Sequence record: JQ823123.1
Origin: Nonlabens phage P12024L
Direction: 5' to 3' (one strand)
DNA: 32,000 nt
Made by a program: the position numbers and the translations under genes. Shown piece by piece: positions 8,926 to 17,899 of this stretch; positions within the stretch are counted from its first letter, which is position 1, and the number at the start of each line of letters is the position of its first letter. The notes under the pieces were generated by a model, which saw only the letters and a list, made by a program, of their open reading frames with translations, was not told the origin of the DNA and ran no database searches.

Positions 8926-9244
8926 AGGAAAAGTAAAACACGTAGGAACTACGGAAACAGTAGGAAGTAATGGCTTTCAAAAAAGATTGATAGCTGTTGA
9001 AACCACAGAACAATATCCGCAAACATTGGGTATCGAGTTTGTGCAGGACAAAACGGCATTGTTAGACAGCATTAATTTAGGAGACAGTGTTACAATTGGA
9101 ATCAATTTAAGAGGTCGTGAGTGGACTAATCCACAAGGCGAAACTAAATATTTCAATTCAATAGCTGGCTGGAAGATTGCCGTTGATAGTCAGGCGGAAA
9201 CGAATAACGAAAGCGCACAAGATGGAGATGACTTACCATTCTAG
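8915..9244 (+). CDS. DUF3127-like, SSB-like OB-fold protein
   Basis: 109 aa; MEIKGKVKHVGTTETVGSNGFQKRLIAVETTEQYPQTLGIEF...; ends in DGDDLPF like the acidic tip of SSB. Confidence 0.75.
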   Translation: MEIKGKVKHVGTTETVGSNGFQKRLIAVETTEQYPQTLGIEFVQDKTALLDSINLGDSVTIGINLRGREWTNPQGETKYFNSIAGWKIAVDSQAETNNESAQDGDDLPF

Positions 9245-9362
9245 CCCAACCCAACAAAAGGAACAGATCGAGCGGCTCATAGCGAGCGGCTCGGTTCATC
9301 CTGACAATCCTTTTTTAATAGAAATAAATAAAAAATACAGAGAATTATGCGACCAAGTTTAA
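9222..9362 (+). CDS. Small hypothetical protein (46 aa)
   Basis: Tracked ORF begins at 9177; MEMTYHSSPTQQKEQIERL at 9222 is the likelier start. Confidence 0.5.
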   Translation: MEMTYHSSPTQQKEQIERLIASGSVHPDNPFLIEINKKYRELCDQV

Positions 9363-10150
9363 AAGAAGTAGAAAAATATTTTAAAGATGCTTTAGAAATT
9401 GAGTGCCTAAGTAATGGCGTGATAATAAACGTAAATGATTTTACTGGTGAAGGCATTCACGAATTTAATGGAAATTATTGGGCTGATTATACGAATATTA
9501 TCGATAACAGTATTTTGTTATGGTCTAAAAATAAAGAGTGCTACGCAAAAATAACTAAATACAAGACCGAACCTACCATGAATCACTACGGTAACAGACC
9601 CGACGTTATAGACTTCAACAAAAAGTATGACCTAAATTTTAATCTAGGATCAGCTGTTAAATATCTAGCACGAGCTGGAAAGAAACAAAACGAAACAAAG
9701 CAAAGCGATCTTAAAAAAGCAATCGACTTCATAACTAGAGAATTAGAAGTTATCGAACCTGAAACGGTTAATGCTAAAGATGGTCTTGAAGTTGGGAAGT
9801 GGTATCATACGCATAGCGGCAAGGGCTTACTTATGTGGAATGGTGGTAATATTACAAACGGTTTTTGGGATGGTTGTTATCTAAACAACAAATGGTATTT
9901 TATTAGTTGCGATATAGATAAACCCGCAACCAACGAAGAAGTTAAAACGGCTTTAATTAAAGAAGCGCAAAGGCGTTATAATATTGGGGATAGATTAACT
10001 TGTATTTTAGGAGGTAGAAACATTAGTCGCAAAATAGGAGATAAATATACTTTTGCAGTAGAGGGTAGTTTGTGGGTTAATGTGATTCCTTATGGTGGAG
10101 AATACTCTATATGCATATTTAAGGACGGTAAATGGGCGAGTCATGTCTAG
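9347..10150 (+). CDS. DUF3310-containing nucleotide-kinase-like protein
   Basis: MNHYGNRPDVIDFNKKYDLNFNLGSAVKYLARAGKKQNETKQSDLKKAIDFITRELE matches the DUF3310 pattern. Confidence 0.7.
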   Translation: MRPSLKEVEKYFKDALEIECLSNGVIINVNDFTGEGIHEFNGNYWADYTNIIDNSILLWSKNKECYAKITKYKTEPTMNHYGNRPDVIDFNKKYDLNFNLGSAVKYLARAGKKQNETKQSDLKKAIDFITRELEVIEPETVNAKDGLEVGKWYHTHSGKGLLMWNGGNITNGFWDGCYLNNKWYFISCDIDKPATNEEVKTALIKEAQRRYNIGDRLTCILGGRNISRKIGDKYTFAVEGSLWVNVIPYGGEYSICIFKDGKWASHV

Positions 10151-12395
10151 TATATCGCTATTCCCAAAAGGATATCCTACAAAGGATGACCCTACAAAGT
10201 TTGCACCTAGTCGCATACCTGAAAAAGACCTACAACTAGAGACGTATTTTGACCATATCAAAGACGGCTACTGGCAAGATGAAGTACTCGCTTACCGTAC
10301 TGGTAAGATACAAAAGACACAACTACGAGGTGTTACACCTTGCGGAACGTTTAATAAAAGAGCTGCAAAGGAGCTTATAGAGCCTAGCGGTGTGATAGCT
10401 ATTGACATAGACCAACAGGACCAAATAGATGGCTTAGACTTAAACAAAGTACGCATACGCTTAATGAGTGATAGCTATACGCACGCTGTGCATGATTCTG
10501 CAAGCGGTAACGGTGGTATGGCTTTATATGTTAAGATCGACCCTAAAAGGCATAAAGATGCTTTCTTAGGACTTGAAAAGTATTTTGCTAATGAGTATGG
10601 CGTTATAATAGATAAGAGCTGTAAGGACGTGAGCCGTTTTAGATTTGTGAGCTACGACCCTGACTTATTTTACAACCCTAGAAGTAAGACCTTTAAGACC
10701 TACTTAAAGAAAGCTGAAAAGCCTAATCCTAATCGCTCTTCTTATATTCATACAAGTGAAGATCTAGATCATGTATGGGAGCAAATAGCGCAAAAGGGAT
10801 ACGACATTTGCCATGATTATAGCGACTGGATTCGTTGCGCAATGGCATTATCTAATCACTACGGTGGGCAAAAGGGACTAGACTTATTTCACTTAGTCAG
10901 CCAGAACTCTAGCAAATACGATGCTAAGGCTTGTGATGATCTTTATAGCACCGTAAGCAAACGTGCTTACAATGATGTTTCAATAGGTACACTTCTATTC
11001 CTTGCAAAGAACCAAGGTGTTGAAATCAAAACGCCTAAGACACGAGAGATTGAAGCCGTGGTAAAACAAAGGGTCAAAGCTGTAGGAACGAACGGTGGAG
11101 CTGCGACCAAAGAAAATGCCGTTGCAGATGCTGAAAAGTTCTTAGTTGATCAAAAAGGACACGACGAAGTAAGCATAAGAGAGGTAGCTAAGCAAGTACT
11201 AGAGTTAACGCCTAATGAGTTAAACCAAAATACAGGCGACCTTATAACCGATTTAGAGACGTTTGTGGAGGGTTTACCGCTTAAGTTCAATGAGGTAACC
11301 ATGCACTATGAATATGAGGGTAAAGAGATGCGAGAGCGTGATTGGAATAACTTGTACATTAGCTCGCTTAAAGTGGTTTCGGATAAGATCAGCCAGCAAC
11401 GATTTGAGTTAATTGTAAGGAGTGAAAACGTGCCTAGCTACAACCCTTTTGAACTATACTTTGAGCGCAATAAGCACCGTAATAGTAAAGGCAATTTTGA
11501 TGCACTTTGCAAAGCTATAACGCACGAGCAGAAGTTTGAGCTAAAAGGACAGGAGTATATCGCTAATGACTACCTGCAAACCTACCTAAAGAAATGGTTG
11601 CTAGGAATGATAAGCGCAATGAATGGTACTTACTCGCTACTTATTTTAGTTCTTACAGGTGGTCAAGGTACAAGCAAGACTAAATTCTTTCGCACGCTAT
11701 TACCTGATGCGCTTATGCAATATTATGGAGAAACTGAACTAGATAAGGGCAAAGATGATGAGCTATTAATGACACAAAAGATTCTACTACTAGATGATGA
11801 GTTTGGCGGTAAGTCTAAAAAAGATGCTAAGAAACTTAAGAACCTTTCTAGTAAGCAATTCTTTAACATAAGACCGCCTTACGGCAAGCGAAATGAAGAC
11901 ATTAAACGCTATGCGGTTTTAGCGGGTACTTCTAATGATGACGAAATCATAAACGACCCAACAGGAAACAGGCGTATCATACCGCTTAGGGTTACATCAA
12001 TTGACTTTCAAGCACTATCTAAGATCGACAAAGACGAACTGTTTATGGAGCTATATAGAGAATGGCAAGAAACAGGAGACGATTGGATGTTAACTAAAGA
12101 AGATATACAAATTCTTAGAGAGTGCACCACGTACAATGAGACGCCTAGCCCTGAGGAAGAACTGGCTATTCAGTATTTTGAAGTGCCAATGGAGGATGAA
12201 TTAGGATCGGCAAAGTGTTCGTTTTTATCGACTACTGAAATTGTAAACATCATTACAAATCGCAGTTTGACTAGAATTCCGATAAATGTTTATAAATTTG
12301 GAGCGGTTCTGAAAAAATTAGGCTTTGAAAAAAGAACAGTTCGAGACGGAAATAATGTTAAGGGCGGCTATTATGTAATTGAAAAGAGTATGTAG
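10143..12395 (+). CDS. BT4734/VirE-N plus VirE-type primase-helicase (750 aa)
   Basis: VIAIDIDQQDQIDGLDL... and LTGGQGTSKTKFFRTLLP (P-loop), ILLLDDEFGGKSKKDAKKLKNLSS, AGTSNDDEIINDPTGNRRIIPL. ATG at 10143 overlaps the previous stop. Confidence 0.85.
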   Translation: MSSISLFPKGYPTKDDPTKFAPSRIPEKDLQLETYFDHIKDGYWQDEVLAYRTGKIQKTQLRGVTPCGTFNKRAAKELIEPSGVIAIDIDQQDQIDGLDLNKVRIRLMSDSYTHAVHDSASGNGGMALYVKIDPKRHKDAFLGLEKYFANEYGVIIDKSCKDVSRFRFVSYDPDLFYNPRSKTFKTYLKKAEKPNPNRSSYIHTSEDLDHVWEQIAQKGYDICHDYSDWIRCAMALSNHYGGQKGLDLFHLVSQNSSKYDAKACDDLYSTVSKRAYNDVSIGTLLFLAKNQGVEIKTPKTREIEAVVKQRVKAVGTNGGAATKENAVADAEKFLVDQKGHDEVSIREVAKQVLELTPNELNQNTGDLITDLETFVEGLPLKFNEVTMHYEYEGKEMRERDWNNLYISSLKVVSDKISQQRFELIVRSENVPSYNPFELYFERNKHRNSKGNFDALCKAITHEQKFELKGQEYIANDYLQTYLKKWLLGMISAMNGTYSLLILVLTGGQGTSKTKFFRTLLPDALMQYYGETELDKGKDDELLMTQKILLLDDEFGGKSKKDAKKLKNLSSKQFFNIRPPYGKRNEDIKRYAVLAGTSNDDEIINDPTGNRRIIPLRVTSIDFQALSKIDKDELFMELYREWQETGDDWMLTKEDIQILRECTTYNETPSPEEELAIQYFEVPMEDELGSAKCSFLSTTEIVNIITNRSLTRIPINVYKFGAVLKKLGFEKRTVRDGNNVKGGYYVIEKSM

Positions 12396-12630
12396 TTAAC
12401 AACAGTTGGCAATTGATCGACTTATAATTGATTAATTGCCAATATGTTACAATGTAACGTCGAAAAAACTCAAAAACTCTTATAGCGAAAACATAAAACT
12501 CAAACGAAACTATATAAATAATATATAAAAGTTTCAATAAAGTATTATTACATTGATACATATTGAAGATCAATGAGTTAAAAATGAGTTGTAATAGTAG
12601 GTATTATTACATTAACAAATGATAAACAAC

Positions 12631-12661
12631 TTGCATAGTAATATAAAAGCGATTACATTTG
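12631..12661 (+). promoter_or_regulatory. Bacteroidetes-type promoter driving the modification cassette
   Basis: TTG (12631-12633), 20-nt spacer, TACATTTG (12654-12661), 25 nt upstream of the 12686 ATG. Confidence 0.65.
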
Positions 12662-12685
12662 CATAACAATTAAAAACAAAATGAA

Positions 12686-12901
12686 ATGAAACTATTTGAA
12701 ACAGACTGGGGTATTAATGAATCCCCAACAGATGAAACAGAAATCACAACTACAATACTATATTTCAGTAAAGAAGAATTAAAAGAGTTTAAGTCTTTAT
12801 GTAAAAAAGGTATGAAATTTGAGTACGGTAGTGATGTATTTGAAAAGGGTAATTTAAGCAATTTTTTATTAAAAATTTTAAAAAAATATGAAAACGTATA
12901 A
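12686..12901 (+). CDS. Small acidic/Lys-rich protein of unknown function (71 aa), first gene of the cassette
   Basis: Overlaps the start of the dioxygenase gene (12888); promoter directly upstream. Confidence 0.65.
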   Translation: MKLFETDWGINESPTDETEITTTILYFSKEELKEFKSLCKKGMKFEYGSDVFEKGNLSNFLLKILKKYENV

Positions 12902-13754
12902 ACTAAAAAGAGTATTAACACAAAAGCAAGGAGATAAGCTAAAAAAGAAGTTTTTAAACAAAAAGCATTATAATATACTTATAACGGAAGATGCTGATGG
13001 TTATGATTTAAACGGGAACCTTTTGTTCAAGTACAGGAAAAACCAAGTTCCTGATGAAATATTACATTTAGGTTATAACTCATTTAAAGATAGTATTGAG
13101 CTAACTGAAAGCAGGGGTGCAGCAAGTGGGAGCAGCCATAAAAGGATTAGGAAAGATGGTAGTGTTAGTAATATAACTGTAGGAAACAAGGTTGAGTCGG
13201 GTAGTGTAGGTTATATGGATAAGAGTGCTATGGTTCATTATTGTAGGAAAACTGCATTTGCAAGAAAATACTTTGACAAGTTTAAGGAAGGTATCCCTTT
13301 TGTTGAATATATTAGTGAAAAGTATGAAGAACTTTGCCCAAAGTATTTTAAAAAGCAAAAAGATATTGCATTAGGTACAAATAAAAACTATGTAATAGGT
13401 AATAGTTGTTTTACGACTGTAACTGTTAATAAAAACTTTAGGACTGCAGTCCACAAAGATAGTGGTGACTTTTCAGAAGGTTTTGGTAACCTTGTCGTGT
13501 ATCGTGAGGGTAATTACGATGGTGGTTATTTTTGTTTGCCTGAATATGGTGTCGCTATAGATATGCAAAATAACGACTTGCTATTTGCTGATGTCCATAA
13601 ATGGCACGGAAACACAGAAATAACAAACAAAAGTGAAGATTGGCTTCGCATTAGTTTTGTACTTTATTATAGAGAATATATGTACAAGTGCCAACAACCA
13701 AAAGAACAATTAGAACAAATTAAACAAGATAATACAGGTTATTTAACTTTATAA
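12888..13754 (+). CDS. TET/JBP-family 2-oxoglutarate/Fe(II) dioxygenase
   Basis: 288 aa; SRGAASG, SGSVGYMD, CRKTAFARK, HKDSGD (H189, D191), LVVYREGNYDGGYFCLPEYGVAIDMQNNDLLFADVHKWHGN (H240), LRISFVLYY (R254). Confidence 0.88.
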   Translation: MKTYKLKRVLTQKQGDKLKKKFLNKKHYNILITEDADGYDLNGNLLFKYRKNQVPDEILHLGYNSFKDSIELTESRGAASGSSHKRIRKDGSVSNITVGNKVESGSVGYMDKSAMVHYCRKTAFARKYFDKFKEGIPFVEYISEKYEELCPKYFKKQKDIALGTNKNYVIGNSCFTTVTVNKNFRTAVHKDSGDFSEGFGNLVVYREGNYDGGYFCLPEYGVAIDMQNNDLLFADVHKWHGNTEITNKSEDWLRISFVLYYREYMYKCQQPKEQLEQIKQDNTGYLTL

Positions 13755-13757
13755 ACT

Positions 13758-14516
13758 ATGGAAAATATATTTATACCTACTAAAAACAGGGTGGAAAACT
13801 CTACACTATTAAAGTTTGCAGAACAACAAAAACAAGAAGTTTTTATTGTTGTTGAACCGCAAGAATATAAATCCTATAAAAACACTTTTCCTAATTTTAA
13901 ATATATTATTCTGCCAGAAAATAATGGTGGGATAACATACGTAAGGAACTACATAAAGGAATACTCCGAAAAAAATGAAATGGATAATTATTGGCAGTTA
14001 GATGACGATATTACTGGGTTTTTTTACAGGGAAGGAACAAAACTTATAAAGGATGATTTTTCTGTTTTATCTAAGGCTGCCGAACAATTTAAAAGTAACT
14101 CTATTTCATTAGGGGGGTTAGAGTATAGGCAATTTGCTTGGTCTGCTTCAAAAGATTTTGTATTAGATAGTTTTTGCGATTCCTGCGTGTTTGTTGACAA
14201 CACAAAAACAAAAGGGTTAAGGTACAGGAAATACCTTGAAGGGAAGGAGGATCGTGATTTTGCAATGCAGGTAATATCATTGGGAGGTAAAACGGCAAGG
14301 ACTACCCTTTATGCGTTTTCAGCGCCAGCTAATGGAAGCAACGCTGGTGGTCTAAAAGAAATATTTTACGACATCGGAAAAGAGGAGATTGCTGTTTCTA
14401 GGATGGTGGAGGTATGGGGTAAAAATATTTGCGTACCCATTGTAAAGCCTAGCGGTAGGAACGATATCAAGATAATGTGGAAAAAAATTAATAGTAACCA
14501 ATTAGAAATATTTTAA
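13758..14516 (+). CDS. TET/JBP-associated GT-A-like glycosyltransferase (TAGT family)
   Basis: 252 aa; FIPTKNRVENSTLLKFAE, VVVEPQEYKSY, ILPENNGGITYVRNYI, YWQLDDDITGFF (DDD metal site); directly downstream of the dioxygenase. Confidence 0.78.
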   Translation: MENIFIPTKNRVENSTLLKFAEQQKQEVFIVVEPQEYKSYKNTFPNFKYIILPENNGGITYVRNYIKEYSEKNEMDNYWQLDDDITGFFYREGTKLIKDDFSVLSKAAEQFKSNSISLGGLEYRQFAWSASKDFVLDSFCDSCVFVDNTKTKGLRYRKYLEGKEDRDFAMQVISLGGKTARTTLYAFSAPANGSNAGGLKEIFYDIGKEEIAVSRMVEVWGKNICVPIVKPSGRNDIKIMWKKINSNQLEIF

Positions 14517-14517
14517 A

Positions 14518-15153
14518 ATGATAAAAATAACAAACGAAGATAATATGCAACTAATGGCAAGGTATGAAGATAATCATTTTGACCTTGCTATTGTAGACCC
14601 ACCTTACGGAATAGGTGCGGGAAGTAAAAAGTTTATAAATAGAACAGCTAATAAAAAAGCAGAATCATTTTATAGAGATAATGATTGGGATATTGCACCA
14701 AATAAAGAATATTTTAATGAGTTAAAAAGGGTTTCTAAAAATTACATTATTTGGGGTGGAAATTACTTTACTAATTTACTAGATCCTGCAAGATGTTATA
14801 TTGTTTGGGATAAAAAAACAGGTGATAATAGTTATGCTGATTGTGAACTAGCTTTAACTAATATAGATGGAAACGCAAGAGTTTTTACGAAATTTTGGTT
14901 GGGTGCTCACGCTAATAATGGAACACCAAGAATACACCCGACCGAAAAACCAATACAGCTTTATGAATGGCTATTAGACACTTATGCAAAGAAAGGTTTT
15001 AAAATATTAGACACACATTTAGGAAGTGGCTCAATCGCATTAGCGTGCCATAATAGAGGGTTTGATTTAACTGCTTGCGAACTAGATACCGACTACTACA
15101 ACGCAGCAATGAAAAGACTTAAACAACACCAATCACAACAAACACTATTTTAA
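14518..15153 (+). CDS. DNA amino-methyltransferase (N6-adenine likely)
   Basis: 211 aa; DLAIVDPPYGIG (motif IV), HPTEKPIQLYEWLL, ILDTHLGSGSIALA (motif I) in permuted order. Confidence 0.88.
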   Translation: MIKITNEDNMQLMARYEDNHFDLAIVDPPYGIGAGSKKFINRTANKKAESFYRDNDWDIAPNKEYFNELKRVSKNYIIWGGNYFTNLLDPARCYIVWDKKTGDNSYADCELALTNIDGNARVFTKFWLGAHANNGTPRIHPTEKPIQLYEWLLDTYAKKGFKILDTHLGSGSIALACHNRGFDLTACELDTDYYNAAMKRLKQHQSQQTLF

Positions 15154-15154
15154 A

Positions 15155-15505
15155 ATGAAAAACAAAGATTTAGAAAACTTAACAGCATCAGTAATATGCA
15201 GCCAGTTATTACTTCACTACTTAGAAGAAATAAAGCACACTCGATATTACAAGGGCAAACTAAAAGAAGCTACTAGAGCCGCTATAATTCAGTTAATGAA
15301 AGTAGAGCGCAAAGAGTTTGATAAGCTAGCAGAAACCGAGGGAGATATACCACATCAAATCAGTAGCAACCTAATAGAGATAGTAAGCTTATTAATGCGA
15401 GGCGGCTTTAGTAATATGATGCTGCTAGGTAACTTGCAGTATGCTTATCACAAAGACCCTAAAGCGATTGAGGGAATAGTTAACAAGGTTTTGAAGAATG
15501 ATTAA
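15155..15505 (+). CDS. Hypothetical protein
   Basis: 116-aa ORF in an operon arrangement. Confidence 0.55.
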   Translation: MKNKDLENLTASVICSQLLLHYLEEIKHTRYYKGKLKEATRAAIIQLMKVERKEFDKLAETEGDIPHQISSNLIEIVSLLMRGGFSNMMLLGNLQYAYHKDPKAIEGIVNKVLKND

Positions 15506-16927
15506 TTTATATCTATACCAATCTAAAGCAGTTAGCGCCCTTAGAGAGAGTATATCTAAAGGCAATAAACGTCTTGTGTTATGCGCTCCTACGGGCGCAG
15601 GATAGGTAAAACCGTAATGTTTAGCTACCTCACTAGCCGCATAATAGCAAACAGAAAACGCGTTTTGATTTTAACGCACCGATCTGAACTGTTAACGCAA
15701 GCAGGTGGAACGCTTAGCAAGTTCGGACTATCTCCAATCCATATAAAGCCTTCTTATAGACCCAAAACTCTTAAAGGTAGTTTGTATGTAGCAATGACAC
15801 AAACGCTCGTTAGACGCTTTAAAAAGCCTTTATACGATGAATGGCTGCAAAGCGGAGTAGATGTTATTATCGTTGATGAGTGCCATAGATGCGATTTTAA
15901 TACAATCCTTGACAGCCTGCCGCCTCACGTGATAGTAATAGGCGTAACAGCAACACCACACCGTGAAAAGAACCAACCCGCGTTAAGCAGTTTCTATGAG
16001 GACATGGTAGAGGTTGCACAAGTTCAAGAGTTGATCGCACTAGGTAAACTAGCGAAACCGATTTCTTATGGTGTATCAATAGATTTAAGTGGCGTAAAAA
16101 GCAAAGGTTCGGACTGGGATTCTAATGAGGTCGGTAAGCGAATGGATGAGGTGCAATTGTATCATGGCGTGTATGAGAACTACATGAAATATACACCTAA
16201 TCAAAAAGCGATAGTGTTTAGTAGTAGCATTGAGTCAAGTAAGACCCTAGTAAATTCCCTATGCGAAAAGGGATTACCAGCAAAGCACTTAGATGGCAAT
16301 ACCTCAACAAAGGAACGCAGAGAAACTCTTGAATGGTTTGCCAGCACACCTAATGCAATCCTTTCTAACATGGGTATATTAACAGCTGGGTTTGATGAAC
16401 CAACTATTCAAGTAGTAATACTTTACCGTGCCACTAAGTCACTGCCTTTGTTTCTGCAAATGGTAGGGCGTGGTTCTAGGACTCACGAGGGCAAAGATAA
16501 GTTTACTATACTAGATTTTGGTAATAACATCGCTACGCATGGATTTTGGGAGCAGAATCGTGTATGGAGTTTAGAGAAACCGAAACGAAAGCGTAACGGC
16601 TTAGGAGTAGCACCTATAAAAGAATGTCCATCATGTAGTGCATACCTTGCAGCACAAGCAAAGGAGTGCGAGTATTGCGGTCATTTATTTCCACCGACTA
16701 AGGAGCAAGAGCAAGAAAGGGTCGTTGCTGAATTAAAGCGGTTAACTTATTCCGAAGTGCAAAAGGCTGCGATTGGTGCATCTTTTGAGGAATTGGAACA
16801 GTTAGCAAAGGCGAAAGGATATAAAAAAGGATGGGTATTTCATCAGCTTAAGACTAGGGGACAATTAGAAGAATACGCAAAGTTTAAAAATTATTCGCCA
16901 AAATGGTTGCAATATCAATTAAAATAG
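15498..16927 (+). CDS. DEAD/DEAH superfamily II helicase, interrupted by a 5-nt insertion in Walker A (possible pseudogene)
   Basis: Frame 3 from ATG 15498: MINLYLYQSKAVSALRESISKGNKRLVLCAPTGAG*. Continues in another frame as ...IGKTVMFSYLTSRIIANRKRVLILTHRSELL...IIVDECHR...GVTATPHR. Confidence 0.8.
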
Positions 16928-16941
16928 TTTATATTTGACAC

Positions 16942-17160
16942 ATGAAAGCAAAAGAGAAAGCAAAAGAGTTATATAATAATTACTATCAGCATGTAGCAGA
17001 TGGAGCTTATCCAGAGTTAAACGCTAAACAATGCGCTTTGATTTGTGTTGATGAGATACTAATAGCCACTCGAACTTATTCTATTCTTAATAATAAAGAT
17101 AGAACATATCATTACTCTAAACACTGGCAACAAGTAAAACAAGAAATAAATAAATTATGA
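16942..17160 (+). CDS. Small conserved phage protein
   Basis: 72 aa: MKAKEKAKELYNNYYQHVADGAYPELNAKQCALICVDEIL. Confidence 0.6.
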   Translation: MKAKEKAKELYNNYYQHVADGAYPELNAKQCALICVDEILIATRTYSILNNKDRTYHYSKHWQQVKQEINKL

Positions 17161-17339
17161 GCAAAAACAACAACAGCGGAGGAACAGGTTTATCAGGATT
17201 TTTATTTTTGATATTTTTAATATTAAAGTTAACAGATGTAATAGATTGGTCTTGGTGGTGGATTACTTCTCCTTTATGGATACCTTTAATAATATTCGTT
17301 TTAATAAAGTTTATAATTTTAATCAATAATAAATTATGA
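17157..17339 (+). CDS. Small membrane protein
   Basis: 60 aa with two hydrophobic segments. Confidence 0.45.
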   Translation: MSKNNNSGGTGLSGFLFLIFLILKLTDVIDWSWWWITSPLWIPLIIFVLIKFIILINNKL

Positions 17340-17554
17340 TAACATTAGTTTTAGGTTTAGCAATTTGCTACGGTTTATATTTAGTATTCCCTCTACTTGG
17401 GTTTACTTCATTCAAGCATTATGACATATTACTTGACACCGTACACGGTTACAAGTCTGTTGGTCGCTTACCTCTCAATCCGATTAAGTATAAGTTACAC
17501 GATGGTTACTTTGATAGTATCAATGATGCTTATGAGTTTATAGAATCGCTCTAA
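17336..17554 (+). CDS. Small protein with N-terminal TM
   Basis: 72 aa; MITLVLGLAICYGLYLVFPLLGF; overlaps the previous stop. Confidence 0.45.
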   Translation: MITLVLGLAICYGLYLVFPLLGFTSFKHYDILLDTVHGYKSVGRLPLNPIKYKLHDGYFDSINDAYEFIESL

Positions 17555-17557
17555 GGT

Positions 17558-17899
17558 ATGCAAAGCAACGAAGATAGACTACAAGCCGACGCTTATAAAT
17601 GGTTTCACAATACTTATCCACACCTTAGAGGGCTACTGAACTACAACCATAACAATAGCCGCAACAAAATAGAGGGCGCAAAAAATAAAGCAATGGGATT
17701 GCAAAAAGGTCGCTCCGATATGGTTCTTTATCTCAAAGGGCGTGCGTTCATGATCGAATGGAAAACGGAAAAAGGAAAGCAACACGGCAAGCAAAAAGAA
17801 TGGCAAGAGCTAATAGAAGCGAATGGCTTTAGTTATTACATTGTTAGAAGTGTTGATGAATTTAAACAACTTACAACCACACTATGTCACACCTACTAG
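17558..17899 (+). CDS. VRR-NUC/Holliday-junction-resolvase-like nuclease
   Basis: 113 aa; GLQKGRSDMVLYLKGRAFMIEWKTEKGKQHGKQKEW (D...ExK nuclease pattern). Confidence 0.8.
   Translation: MQSNEDRLQADAYKWFHNTYPHLRGLLNYNHNNSRNKIEGAKNKAMGLQKGRSDMVLYLKGRAFMIEWKTEKGKQHGKQKEWQELIEANGFSYYIVRSVDEFKQLTTTLCHTY

Noticed and set aside
12358-12573. Tracked 71-aa minus ORF
   Set aside because: Runs through the AT-rich repeat region; low-complexity Tyr/Phe/Ile translation looks non-coding.
12670-12921. Tracked 83-aa minus ORF
   Set aside because: Shadow of the 71-aa plus ORF that has its own promoter and operon coupling.
15581-15607. A -1 ribosomal frameshift as the explanation for the helicase break
   Set aside because: No slippery heptamer is present; a -1 shift would give APTGARIGKT rather than the canonical APTGAGKT restored by removing 5 nt.
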